A stretch of 64,000 nucleotides of DNA from Epithemia pelagica. Taxonomy: Eukaryota; Protista; Bacillariophyta. Position numbers and translations under genes: made by a program. This document shows, in pieces, positions 12,930-25,305 of this stretch. The notes below the pieces were generated by a model that was not told the DNA's origin, ran no database searches, and saw nothing but the letters and a program-made list of their open reading frames with translations. Positions within the stretch are counted from its first letter, which is position 1, and each line of letters opens with the position of its first letter. Where the stretch lies: NCBI GenBank assembly GCA_946965045.2, contig OX337232.1, forward strand, positions 868,001-932,000, given 5' to 3'.

Positions 12930-15900
12930 CCCGATGCTGACGATGACAACAGCGACAGCTCACTCAGCCACCACAAAAAGAAAGGTACGTTGATGTTACA
13001 ATTCTTTCTGAATCGTAGGGACATCAATGCTCGTTAGAGCAGACAATCAGGTAGTCACCAACCGATACAAACCTCTCCACGGGTAAGAGAGGAAAGCAAG
13101 TTGTAGTCTATCAAAAGGATAGTCGGGACACAAAAGAGGATGTGATAAATGGTGATATTGTTAGATTGTGTGTTGATTACTACGATAGGTCTACGTGAAA
13201 TGTTCGGTCCTGCCAAGGGTCATGTGTCATAGGTTCTTGGCGGCAACAGGTTTGGAATAGTTGGAGTCGATTCATGTGATGTATATGACATGTATATGTG
13301 GACGGATAACATATACAGGGTCAACAGCTCTTGCTTTGGATTGGCATAGTTGTTTTCATGGCGCGCAGCTTGTTGACAATTTGGAGATTGTGGGAATGGA
13401 AATATGGTCTCGCGTGATCGTGTGTCGTGCTTGGGATACTTAGACCGTTGGGTCGGATAGATGCCGACAGCGCTCGGATGTCGCTTGGGCGCGCTCGATG
13501 ATTTCGGGCGCGTACGCTTAGGGCGCTAGTATAATGTCCGAGCAACGGCCAAATTTACGTCCGTTGTAATACCGCACGACCCAGTTTAGTCTTGAGAGTG
13601 AGTTCGTCAATCTATTCTCACTTTTCATGATTTGCGAAGAAATATAGGTCGATATAGCGCGAAGCTAGGGAACAAAGCTCGAAGCTAGATGGCATGATGC
13701 GATAGCACGAGGCTATGTGACATGGGGAATCGATGAGATGTAGAATCTAACCACCATAGACGGTGAGAATTCTAACACTCCCCACAACTCGTCGTTTCAG
13801 CCTTGTCATCATTGGATTTGTTGAGGTCTTGAACTTCTCCTTTCCAAAACAAAAATGGCTTGAGCATGGGCCAAATAGATACGAAATCCCAATGTTTGCT
13901 AAGGATATCGGCAGGGTTGGTCTTTCCATCTTTCCAGTAGAATGCAACATACTTTGCTGCGATGGCTTCACGAACTTGGTGGTATGACAGAAGATGGTGT
14001 CTCTTGGATAGTATGGAATGAGGAACGGTTGCATTGAGCACAACAGATCTGTTATCTCCGTACATGTAACTTCGCTCTCGGATAGGTACTCCAAGGTAGC
14101 GGAGAGAATGTCGTAATTCTGTAATATGATCTATTGCTGTCCTTGCAGCCACAAACTCGGATCCATAGGTAGCAGTTTCCACCATGCTCTGTCTCTTGCT
14201 GTACCAGTCAATAGGTGTTCCGTTCAACAAATGTAGAACAGTAGTGACGGATTTACCAGTGACTATGTCATGCATGAGATTGGCATCAACATAATGAGTT
14301 GTGGTAACAAAGCGGCCAAGAGGTGTTGGGCAGTCTTCAGGAATATGTTCACTTGCATTCGAATAGACAGTGCGAGTCCAATCGAATTCTTGGGTAGGAA
14401 GACTTGAATAATCAGGCTCTCCAATCCTAAATCTGATTGCGCCTTCTGGGAGATGTGCAAGGTATCCATAGATACGCTTGGCTCTATCAAGATGTCCTTT
14501 CCTTGGAGCAGCACGAAAGCGTGATAGCGTCATTGTAGCGGTGAAGACGTCGAAACGACCAATAGTGATCACCCATTGGAGTTGTCCAATCAGAGTTTGG
14601 AAATGGCTAGTACCTTCTTCATCAAGGAGCTCAGAATCATCCAATTCAGGATGGTCTCCACCAATAAGAGGTGTTTTGGCTTTCTTGGGTTTCTCCTTGA
14701 AGATTCGTTTGAAAGTGTCCATCATCTTACCAATGTAGCATCTTGGATCTGCTACTAATGTTCCATCAGAATCCTTGGTGTAACAACATCCCAAGTGGAA
14801 ATCAATAGGTCCATCTCCTTTGAGTTTGAAGTTGTATTTCTCCTTCAGGATCTTGCAGATATTCCCAGGATCAGTAGAAATAATGGCTAAGTCATCAACG
14901 TATACGGCAATGTATTCGTAACAGTCTTCTCCAGGTGCTTTCCTCATCCAGATATCCGGATCTGCTTTGCTTGGTGAAAATCCCATGTCGGTCAAAACAT
15001 GGAATAAGACATCATGCCAGCGTGCGCCTGATGACTTCAATCCATAAAGTGCCTTGTATATAATCAGGATGTGACCTTCTAATTCCTTGAATTCAGGTCC
15101 TGCGACAATGAAGATTTTCTCCCCTGTCAAGGCTTCCAGATATGCGTTTCCAATATCTGCTCCCCATATTTCCAAGTCATTCAAAGTACCCAAGAATAAG
15201 GCAATGCGGATGTTGCGAATGGAAACAACACCTGAATAGATTGTCTCAACAGGTTCTTTTGTGAGATGTCCATCTGCGACAAGTCTTGCTTTATGTCGTC
15301 CATCATGTTTTACTTCAAAGACAAGATGTACACGTATCTTATGATATCCTTCAGGTGCATTGGATGCTTTCCCTTTAATGAAGATGGCTTTCTCAAAATC
15401 CTTGAATGTCTTGTAGGACTGGATCTGTGACAATTCTAATTCTGTTGCATCCTGCCACTTTGTGTTGCCATGTTGTTTATCAAGAGCGACAGCTTCCTCA
15501 TAATTGCGTGGTACTTGGAGTCCAAACTTATACTTGACGGAATGATGAACTTGTTTAATTCTTGACTGTTTGGCTGCTCGAATGAGACGTTTGCTTGTTT
15601 TGACATAACGTTTCAAATGCTTCCATCCAGGTTCGTTGAGTAAACCATGTTTCTTTCCATTGGCGATGAGTGATAAAGGTTCATAGGTAGTCTCCCTAGT
15701 TTCCCAATCAACAAGCAAATTATATTTGCTCCCCTTGTAATCTGGATCAGTTGTGTTCAGTGGGCCTTGATGGGCGATGACGTCCCTGAACCTGAAAAGA
15801 TTATCTCCAGAGGTTTGAGCTTGGTTATCTCGTTTGATATACTCCATGAGTTGATTATAGGATATCATCTCATCAACATCAGAATTTGTCTTTCGGTAGA

Positions 15901-18900
15901 TGTACTTGACACGTTCTTCCTGTTTTGTTGCTTCTTCATTAAGATCAATGACTCGTTTGATGACACGTGCACGGTGTCGCTCCCCATTTTCTTCTGTGTC
16001 GCATAGGAATGTGCGTCCTATCATGTCGTCAAAATCGATCGTGGGCATTGGTTTGGATAGATCTTCACTATCACTGCGAATGAAGACAGTGTCAGCTTGC
16101 TTATCATTGTCATCCTTCTCAGACGAATCCTCCCCTGAAGGTCAATCCACAAGTAGGTTAGGTGTAGTGGATTCAACACGGCAAACGGCAGAACGGTAGA
16201 TTATCTGGTTATCCTGGGTGAGAATCTTCCAAGTAAAAGAATCACCAACGTTGTGAGCAAAACCAACCCAGTGGCCAAGTTTCTCATCAGAAGAAGATGG
16301 ATATGAACCAGAATTGGGTTCAGCGGGGTCGACACGGTAGTAAACCTCATCCCAGAAAGGAAAGAACAAGAGATGAGTAATGTCGGGTGGGCGTCCGGAG
16401 AGAGCTTCAAGAGGAGTGCGACCGGAATGGGTGGGTGATGATGTATGGTTCAATAAGTCACAGACATACTCAAGGCAAAGAAGCCAGGTGTTGGCAGGGC
16501 AACCAGTGGCATTCATGAGAGCGTTGGTCATACGTTTGACGGTCTGGTAACGGTTTTCAGCCTTATTCTGGTGTTGATGATAAGGTTCGGATCGATACTC
16601 CCCAATAAGCATAGTGCGAAGAATGTCTTTGACCTTTTGAGAGATGAGAGATGAACCACCATCACTGATAAGAGTCTCCATGGCACCACGAAACCGGATG
16701 TTGTCCTGAAGAGTATTGACAAACTGTTTGGTCGACTTGATCCCATAGATATCAGTAACCAGAGTATCTCGACCAACAAAGATTTGTGCGACTTTACCGC
16801 CATGGTCAACAGCAGGGGTGTCGGAGAAAACCGAGTCAGTAGCAACGGGTTCATGACGTCGAGGTATATTAAGGACCGGATTGCGAGCCTTGAAATGTTT
16901 CTTGAGGGTGTCGTGGTCAAAAGTAATGCTACCATTACGTGTAGTGTGCTTGAACGTATCGGCAATAACATCTTCAGATTGCCAACCAAAGAATGGACGG
17001 AACTTCTTCCAGTCATACACTTCCTGGTAACGACGGTGGACAGAGGCATGAAGTGTAGGATCATTACCTTCTGCGTCAGCATAGATAGAAAAGAAGGGTG
17101 CGTCGTCAGGTCCATGATCGTATGGGAGATCCAAAAGGAGATTGAGGTTACAAACAACACGATCAGTGTACTCCCCATAGCTGTCATATGGATGGTTTGA
17201 CATACTACCATCAGTCTTGACGTGTTTCCAATCAGGATCATTGTCAGAGGGTGTGGGAGAATGCGAATGGTCCAGAACACCAGGATCCCATGTGTCGGGT
17301 GACGTGAAGATGATCTGAGGTAAGGTATTCATGTCATCGTCGCTGGGGATACCCAAGGAGTGGATGTAGGCTAACCCATCCTTGATGTGAAGGGGTATAG
17401 CGCGACCATCAAGTGTAGTGATGCGTTGTTTACCATCAACTTTAACAGATCGTTCATCAACAGCAAGTCCGAAATGCTCGAATTGACCAGGAGCATGGAT
17501 AGATAAGCCCTTTCCATAATAAGCATATTCATTGAAGATGCCGACAATAGGTCAATCATTGGTCTCAAACTTTGCGGCACATGTGACGACAGGAAGTGCA
17601 GTAAGTTCATGGTTATCAATACCCACAATAGTGATATGGCGGCCAGTCTTAGAAAGGATGCGCATGTCAGAACCAGCAAGTCCTCCATTAGCACCACGGT
17701 TAATCAATTGAATTCCTGGTAAAGTAGATTTCCTGGAAAACAAATAGCGTGGAACATGTCCTGCTTGTTTATGCATGTTGGCTTTCAAAGTAACCTTCTT
17801 GCTCGTCTTGGACTTGGCGTTAGAAAGAACACTAGTCAGGTCAGTTGCCGGGTGATTGATATCAGTCGTCATGGCTTGGTTGATAAATTGTGTAACCGGA
17901 TCTGAATCATCTGGTTGCTCAGGAACTGTGCCAGGTGAGTCGTCATCAGATGCAACTTGGTTGGGGTCAGGATCAGGTTCCGGATCAATGTCGAGGGCAT
18001 GTGTTTGCACTTTCCTCGGCGTTGTTGGTGAAGGTGCTTGAATCATCTTGTTATACTCAATGATCAACTTGCGATCTTCTTCAGAAAGTTTGAACCATAG
18101 GTCACGCGGTAGACTAACCTTGGACGAAGAGGATGGAGATTCAGGTGTCACTTTGGTGTTGTGGACATGATACTCCATATCATCTTGTGAGGTTATGTCA
18201 GCATCGGTATCTTGGCCGTTTAGTGATTCATGTTGTTTGACATGTCGACGGCGACTCTGAACAGATGACTGGGTTGCTTGATCATGGTCGTAAGCTGCGT
18301 CCAGAAGAAGACGGAAGTATGATTGATAGCAAAGGGATTTTGCACTGGATTTGGTGTTCACCACATTATCCAAGATCTTGACTCGGCGGAGATCAGGTAC
18401 CTTTTCTACAGCTTGCATGAGGAAGGTCATCCTGGTATGATCAGGGATGCGATCAGACAATGTCACTAGATTGTCTAGCAAACGTAGCTGCTCTTGAAAG
18501 TGTAGAAGAAATTGACGTGTTGTTCCGCGCCATGTGTCGTCAAGACGTAGATTGGAAATGTAGTTGGTTAAACGGAGGACTTCTTGTTTTGCTAGGTCGG
18601 ATTCGCTATGCAAAGAATGTAACTTCTGCAATACGGCACGCGCATCTTCATCATGTTCATGTTCACGTACATAGGCTCGACCTTGGTCAGTTTGAATGAT
18701 ACGGACAAGAACGGAGTAAAGAAATACTTGTTGCTCTTGAAAAAGTTCTTCGGCATACTCATCATCATGGGGTGGTGTGTATTTGAAATTCAGAACGTTG
18801 GATAGGCCTTGAGCCTTAGCTGTAGTCTTGAATACACGCCAGAATGAATCGTAGTATCGTTCATCCTTGAATACCTCATACGCAATTGCGTCGCGCTTAG

Positions 18901-21900
18901 TTCCCTTTCTGAATGCTGTAAGGTCTTGTTGAGATTGGGATGCGGCAGTAACTGTGCTGACAGATTTCACAGATGACGGTGACTTCATTGGCGAGACTGG
19001 AACTTGGCTAGGTGGTCCCTTAGAGAAATCTGTGTTGATCCTCCAAGCGTTGAACTCTTTCCTCGTTAGGTTCATCCAGTCGCTATTGGATAGCTCGTCT
19101 TGAATTTCATTGGTCTTGTATATGGCCCAATAAGCCAAGAGCTTGATCTGCTGTCTTGTGGGGCCTTGTAGATCATGTGTCTGTTTGTTGACCTTGTATT
19201 GTGTCTGTTCGTTCATGGATTCCTCGGTATTAGTTTGCATATACGAGATAACATGGGTAATGTTCTCAAAACCATGGTATTTAATCCACTTCATTAAGTA
19301 GTCGGCCCTTTCCTTGGTAAAGAATTGGCAGACAGTAAATATGATGTGGTCAAATAAGTCTGTGTTCGAAACATTGTCTTGGTTATCTTCTCCCTTAGGA
19401 GTCGTAGGTGTCTTGGGTGATTGAGGATCCATGGTGATATTTGGTTGGTTCGATGTTTATTTAATGTGCGGTGTGATGTGGTTTATTTAACGTGTGATGT
19501 GGTGAGAACCCGGATGTACCACGTGTGCCACGTATGTACCACGTATGTGATACCCGGATGTGTTTTGTGATGTGCGATTCCTGGAAATTTCCGTTGATTC
19601 CGACAAATTTTCGCCGAGTTTCAACAAATTTTTGCCGAGTTTTCGCGATTTGACGGGAATGTGTGGCGTGTTGTGCGACCGAGGGTACCCGGATGTGCGT
19701 TGAGTTTAAGTCTTGGAAAGGTTTTGAGAGGACGGGAGTTAACTATGAGTAATAATCAGAGTCGTTTCCAGGATCGGAGCGTGAGGCTGGGTTGGAGTCT
19801 AGAATGGGTTGCTGTTGGAACTGTCGACGGAGATTTTGACGGATGTGTTGGCTGCCTTCGGCGTCGGCACCTGTTCCTGCTGCACCAGGGTATCGGGCTG
19901 CCCGGAATGCAGGTTGACTCGATAAATCTGTCGTACAGGAGTGATAAGCTCGTTAGTATCCATGAAACCACAAGGAAATAAGCTCTGAGACTGTTAATCT
20001 GTTACAATTCTTTCTGAATCGTAGGGACATCAATGCTCGTTAGAGCAGACAATCAGGTAGTCACCAACCGATACAAACCTCTCCACGGGTAAGAGAGGAA
20101 AGCAAGTCGTAGTCTATCAAAAGGATAGTCGGGACACAAAAGAGGATGTGATAAATGGTGATATTGTTAGATTGTGTGTTGATTACTACGATAGGTCTAC
20201 GTGAAATGTTCGGTCCTGCCAAGGGTCATGTGTCATAGGTTCTTGGCGGCAACAGGTTTGGAATAGTTGGAGTCGATTCATGTGATGTATATGACATGTA
20301 TATGTGGACGGATAACATATACAGGGTCAACAGCTCTTGCTTTGGATTGGCATAGTTGTTTTCATGGCGCGCAGCTTGTTGACAATTTGGAGATTGTGGG
20401 AATGGAAATATGGTCTCGCGTGATCGTGTGTCGTGCTTGGGATACTTAGACCGTTGGGTCGGATAGATGCCGACAGCGCTCGGATGTCGCTTGGGCGCGC
20501 TCGATGATTTCGGGCGCGTATGCTTAGGGCGCTAGTATAATGTCCGAGCAACGGCCAAATTTACGTCCGTTGTAATACCGCACGACCCAGTTTAGTCTTG
20601 AGAGTGAGTTCGTCAATCTATTCTCACTTTTCATGATTTGCGAAGAAATATAGGTCGATATAGCGCGAAGCTAGGGAACAAAGCTCGAAGCTAGATGGCA
20701 TGATGCGATAGCACGAGGCTATGTGACATGGGGAATCGATGAGATGTAGAATCTAAGCACCATAGACGGTGAGAATTCTAACAGTTGATTGTTGCAATGG
20801 ATGCTTGATTGTTGTGTCGTCATTTTGCTCATTTCATTGGTTTTGGTTAAACAGACAAGAAGAAGAAGAAGAAGAAGAAGAAGAAGAAGAAGAAGAAGAA
20901 GAAGAAGAAGAAGAAGAAGAAGAAGAAGAAGAAGAAGAAGAAGAAGAAGAAGAAGAAGAAGAAGAAGAAGAAGAAGAAGAAGAAGAAGAAGAAGAAGAAG
21001 AAGAAAAAGAAGAAGAAGAAAAAGAAGAAGAAGAAAAAGAAGAAGAAGAAAAAGAAGAAGAAAAAGAAGAAGAAAAAGAAGAAGAAAAAGAAGAAGAAAA
21101 AGAAGAAGAAGAAAAAGAAGAAGAAAAAGAAGAAGAAAAAGAAGAAGAAAAAGAAGAAGAAAAAGAAGAAAAAGAAGAAGAAAAAGAAGCGTCGCAAAAC
21201 CTCCTCTATAGCCGCGTTGTCGTTGTCATTGTCTTCGTCATCTTCTGGTGACGATCTCTTTCGTGAATTGGGTAGATTGGAGAAAAAGAAGAACAAGAAG
21301 AACCCACAACAACCACCTCCTGTTGTTTCTCTTGTTGGTACGTTGAATTTGAATTGTTGCTTTTTGTCCTGTTAACATTGGTTTCTCACCGACTCTCTTT
21401 GCCTTTTGACAAAGGCCAAGTCGAAAAAGAGAACACAACACCATTATCATCAACCGTGGCCAAGAAAGTTGCCGACGTGATGGACAATAAGTCGAAGAAG
21501 AAGTACTCGAGTACTTCTTCGCCTGGAAAAGATTTGGTGCTTGCCACCCGTCACCACCACAATGCACCCACAGAGACGACGGTAGCTTCCTCGCACATTG
21601 TTGCTGTCTCCCTGCAACAACCATTGTTGCCAAGCCCATTGCGTACCAGACGCCCAACTGCTCCTGGTCGTTACAACGACCATTCGGTGGATTGTCATAT
21701 TGGTGGTGGTCGTTATTCGGACGACCGTGTCGTGGAGCATCATTCGTCGTCGTACGTCTACCATCGCCAGGGGCACAACAATGTTTATGCATCCCGGTTG
21801 GCGTCGTACTCACCCTCTCCACCACCACCCTCCCATTCACGGCATCATCATTCCTCCTCCTTGACCCATGAGTACCACCGCCACCATCAATACGACCCGT

Positions 21901-22094
21901 CACCATCGCCACCGCCACCACCTCCTTCGTATCGTCCTCCATACCCTTATCACCACAATCATCATTCCTACCATCACCATGACCACCGTAGTGGATACAC
22001 GCCACCGCCGCCGCGTCCTCGTTCCTCTTCTTCTCTCCATTACCATCACGAACATCGCGGCAACCATCACGGTCATCACCGCTACCACCACTGA
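12930..22094 (+). CDS. Predicted spliced host gene (exons 12930-12984, 20855-21337, 21415-22094) encoding poly-Lys then His/Pro/Tyr-rich low-complexity protein; 5-prime end unresolved and disrupted by Copia insertions
   Basis: GTACGT donors at 12985 and 21338 and AG acceptors at 20854 and 21414 are all phase 1 and keep one open frame (PDADDDNSDSSLSHHKKK-D-Kn-RRKTSS...V-G-QVEKEN...HHRYHH*). Confidence 0.5.
12994..13777 (-). repeat. 3-prime LTR of Copia-1
   Basis: Direct repeat of 20000-20783; I saw 3 substitutions, two at CpG. Confidence 0.95.
13772..19432 (-). pseudogene. gag-pol: gag-pol polyprotein of Copia-1, interrupted by two in-frame TGA (17552-17554, 16142-16144)
   Basis: ORFs 17552-19432, 16142-17356 and 13772-16048 are in one frame. 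PR INRGANGG, INT ISDGG / HQHQNKAENR, RT YVDD, RNaseH YVDAN / YGSEF / GDN. Confidence 0.9.
20000..20783 (-). repeat. 5-prime LTR of Copia-1
   Basis: Direct repeat of 12994-13777, adjacent to the PBS. Confidence 0.95.
20857..21189 (+). repeat. (AAG)n / (GAA)n microsatellite with AAA interruptions, ~333 bp
   Basis: Directly visible. Confidence 0.98.
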
Positions 22095-22445
22095 CTTCGT
22101 GTCTTGCCAGCCATGCCTCCAAGTACTTCTTCTTCCGACTATAGACGTTGATGCGTTGAAGGTACGTTGATTGTTGCGCCTGTCCTCTCTCTTTACCTTG
22201 TCTCGGCCACACGGTTGTCTCACGCAGTCTCGTTTTTGTATTTTTGCCTTGGAATGAAATTTTGGATGTCTTCTTCTGTTTCGGTCGTGTTTGTCCGCTC
22301 GTTGTTACACGTTACGATCACTGTCTCTGTCCGTTGTCTCCGCCTTTTGTCATGTTGCCCCTATGCCTGTTGGTCTGTTGCTGGTTGACTGTCCGTTTCT
22401 GTCCGTTTTCGACTGTTTCTGTTTTTGGCGCGTTCCGTTTCTGTT

Positions 22446-22495
22446 GGTGCTACTTTTCTGTGGGTGCTACTTTTCTGTGGGTGCTACTTTTCTGT
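22446..22495. repeat. 3 x 17-bp tandem repeat ggtgctacttttctgtg
   Basis: Directly visible. Confidence 0.85.
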
Positions 22496-22924
22496 TTTGG
22501 GCTATTCTAAATTCTTACACTAAAATAAAAATCCAAGTACAGTAAATTTTAGGGCTTATCAATTTGGGGGTGAAAGTAGGGAAAGGCACGACGAGGAGTG
22601 ATAAAGGTAGTTGGCAAACAATCCAACTTCAAAGCGGTTTGTCTATGTGGCCCCTTGTCACAAGCGGGCTGTCCCCCCGCTCCATGATTCCGAGAGTAAT
22701 GGCGCCAGGGACACCTACGAATATTGTTCCCAGTGGCCAAAATGACTGTTTCCTATTATAAGGATAAGGATTTAAAAAGCATTGAGTTTTCCCAATAAGT
22801 GGTGATGATATGTTTCTGAAGATGCGAACCACACACACTCTATTATTTATTGGCATTAGAAACAAGGACATGAATTAGAGTCCTCTACGACACAGGAGTA
22901 AACAATATATTTAATGACTTTTCT

Positions 22925-23118
22925 AGAAACACGAGTGGAAACATATCGCCAAAACTGGAAGCGTGACTGGAAACATCGGAAACAAGTGGGAACACGACTG
23001 GAAACAATGGAAACAAGTGGAATCAAATGGAAACAACATGGAAACATCGGACACACGACTGGAAACTCTGGGAGCATCTTGGAAACAACAGATACACGAC
23101 TGGAAACATTGGATACAC
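22925..23118 (+). repeat. Degenerate GGAAACA / CACGACTGGAAAC minisatellite cluster 1
   Basis: Repeated ggaaaca and cacgactggaaac units. Confidence 0.8.
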
Positions 23119-23703
23119 GAAGAAAGATCCCAAGAAAGATCCTGAACTTTCTGGCTGAAAAGCACTCGGATCCTCACGGTAGGGGGCTTTGGTGGAATGA
23201 TCCTTGGACGTTGACGAGCATTCAACATTCAGCATCGAACACAAAACAATCAACAACAATGACGTGCAAACGCAACAAACAGCTCTTCGTCAAAACAAAA
23301 CAAATCAATCAAACATCAAACGCAACAATCAACTCAGCCGCCATCGCAACCATCCATGGAATCTTGAGTCTCTTGGTAGACATGGTGACAATCAAGAAAG
23401 ACAAAGACAAATGGATCGATGCAGGCAAAAAAGAGGATGGCGAACGAGGATGGATGAAGACAGATGAATGACGGCGGAAACGATAGCTATGGCCTACGAC
23501 ACATACGTGCATGTACAACTAGGTTGATGCTCTCTATTAGTAGCTGTTCGTATGCAAAGAGGAGGCGGGTTGATTGTTGTGCTAGCATCTCGTCACCATC
23601 GAGTGAGTGGTGAGCCTTGGTTGGTTTTACGCATATTGTTTACTATAGGAAATGAGTGGAGTCCTGAATCTCGTTGGGCCGGGAGTCTCATGCGAACGGC
23701 GAC

Positions 23704-23887
23704 CGGAAACAACGGGCACACGACTGGAAACAACGGGCACACGACTGGAAACAACGGAAACAGCGCGGAAACAACGGAAACACGACTGGAAACAACTGGA
23801 AACAACTGGAAACAACGGAAACAACTGGTATCACGACTGGAAACAACGGAAACAACGGAAACAACTGGTATCACGACTGGAAACATC
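23704..23887 (+). repeat. Degenerate GGAAACA / CACGACTGGAAAC minisatellite cluster 2
   Basis: Same units and orientation as cluster 1, more homogeneous. Confidence 0.85.
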
Positions 23888-24487
23888 TTAAGTAAGTTTT
23901 GCAAGACCAAAATAAAATATTCTTCATAACAGTAAGTCCGCTAAGGTGGCAGAATAAACGTTAACTTTCTCGTTACTATCAGGAACCATAATAAGTATTT
24001 TTCTTGTTGCTATGGCCCGCTCCGTATTAGGCGATGTTTGGAAGTAGAGCTATTAATACTTATTGGGCTACACGTGCAACTGGCCATCGGTAACAATAAT
24101 TTTCGTAGGTGTCCCAGGGCAGTCGGTCGACCGTACCCTAGCGGGTAGGCGCGGCAGCTGGAAGAATAGACTATTCCCTTTTTATCCTAGGAGCTTGGAT
24201 TTTATTCGTCGTAATCGTTGTGGTGGAATTTGTTGTGCACGAGATACCGGGACGTCCGTGGCACGCAAGTTCCTCTTTGTGGTCATGTTTGAGTCTCTAT
24301 GCCATAATTGATTACTCTATCTGTAGGAACATGTGTTCAAGACATGTTCTACAAAAATGGATGTTTGTCGACAGAGTCCAATTCGGTCGATCAGATTCCA
24401 AGCGTAAGCGTAAGGACATATAGATGAATCCTGGTGCGCGGACAAGTGTTCTCGAATGTGGCCGACGGGCAATCCAGGAACTTCCTA

Positions 24488-25305
24488 CCGTAATTTGCGG
24501 ATTCCTGTCCCCCCGGAATGTACAAAAATTAAGAGGAGGGGGACAGGACTACGCAATTTTTGATAATTTTCTTAAGATTCCATTCACACAATACAATTAA
24601 TTTCTTAGTATTAATACTTCCCGGTGTCGAGTCCTTTCAAGGAGGGACCGCCCGGCGCGGAGGGTAGAATGACGAGGAGGGCAATGGTCGAGGAGGGCGC
24701 ACGCCCGACAAGACAATTGCCCGTCGAGTCATTCTCCCGACAAGCCGGGCGCGCCCGACGCGAGAGGACGGCGAGACACAGGGAAGTAGTAAACTTACTC
24801 CCTATCAAGCTGTGTAGGTAGTGAGGATTTCCTGGAAGCCATGTCGCAAAGTGTCACACAAGTGTCACACAAGTGTCACACACGAGAGGGAAGCCGCGCG
24901 ACTCGCACGAAACTACTTTCCGGTCGTACAAAAATTCCTACTGTAGTATAAAAATGTGAGACGAACTACCTACACAGTCTGGTATGGAGTTAGTAAAATA
25001 ATTTTCAACCTCGGGGCTGTAGATAAGGTTTGGTCGCACAATTCCAGTCAGGGGAAAGACCGTGCTTCAATGCGTAGCCTTAACCCTAATCATAATACCC
25101 ATCATGCTTTATCTCTTGTTTCTCCTCTTTGATTCACTCCCATGTAATGTCAGGCAGTGCGGTAGAAAGCTCGGAACGTGAGGAGTGTGGGGGTAACCCA
25201 TAAGCCCAGAAAGAACCTACAGATAAAAAGTTAGGGGGCCATGTACGTTTAAGGGGAGTGGGGGGGGACAGGACTATAGGGGGGACAGGAATGCGCAAAT
25301 TACGG
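24488..25305. mobile_element. Tc1/mariner (pogo-like) MITE (818 bp)
   Basis: ~27-bp TIR ccgtaatttgcg(g/c)attcctgtcccccc with one mismatch. TA flanks at 24486-24487 and 25306-25307. Confidence 0.75.

Larger units (their letters stand above)
12994..20783 (-). mobile_element. Full-length Ty1/Copia (CoDi-type) LTR retrotransposon
   Basis: 784-bp LTRs 12994-13777 and 20000-20783 with TG...CA ends. 5-bp TSD gttga (12989-12993; 20784-20788). PPT at 13778-13788, PBS at 19986-19999. Order gag-PR-INT-RT-RH. Confidence 0.95.

Noticed and set aside
20769-21296. Poly-Glu, poly-Arg and poly-Phe ORFs in the track
   Set aside because: These are alternative frames of one microsatellite. Only the Lys frame fits the flanking splice sites.
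21238-22212. 324-aa minus-strand ORF
   Set aside because: Antisense to the low-complexity His/Pro exon, which has matching splice signals on the + strand.
22925-23887. CRISPR-like array
   Set aside because: No constant repeat with unique spacers, no cas genes, and a eukaryotic context.
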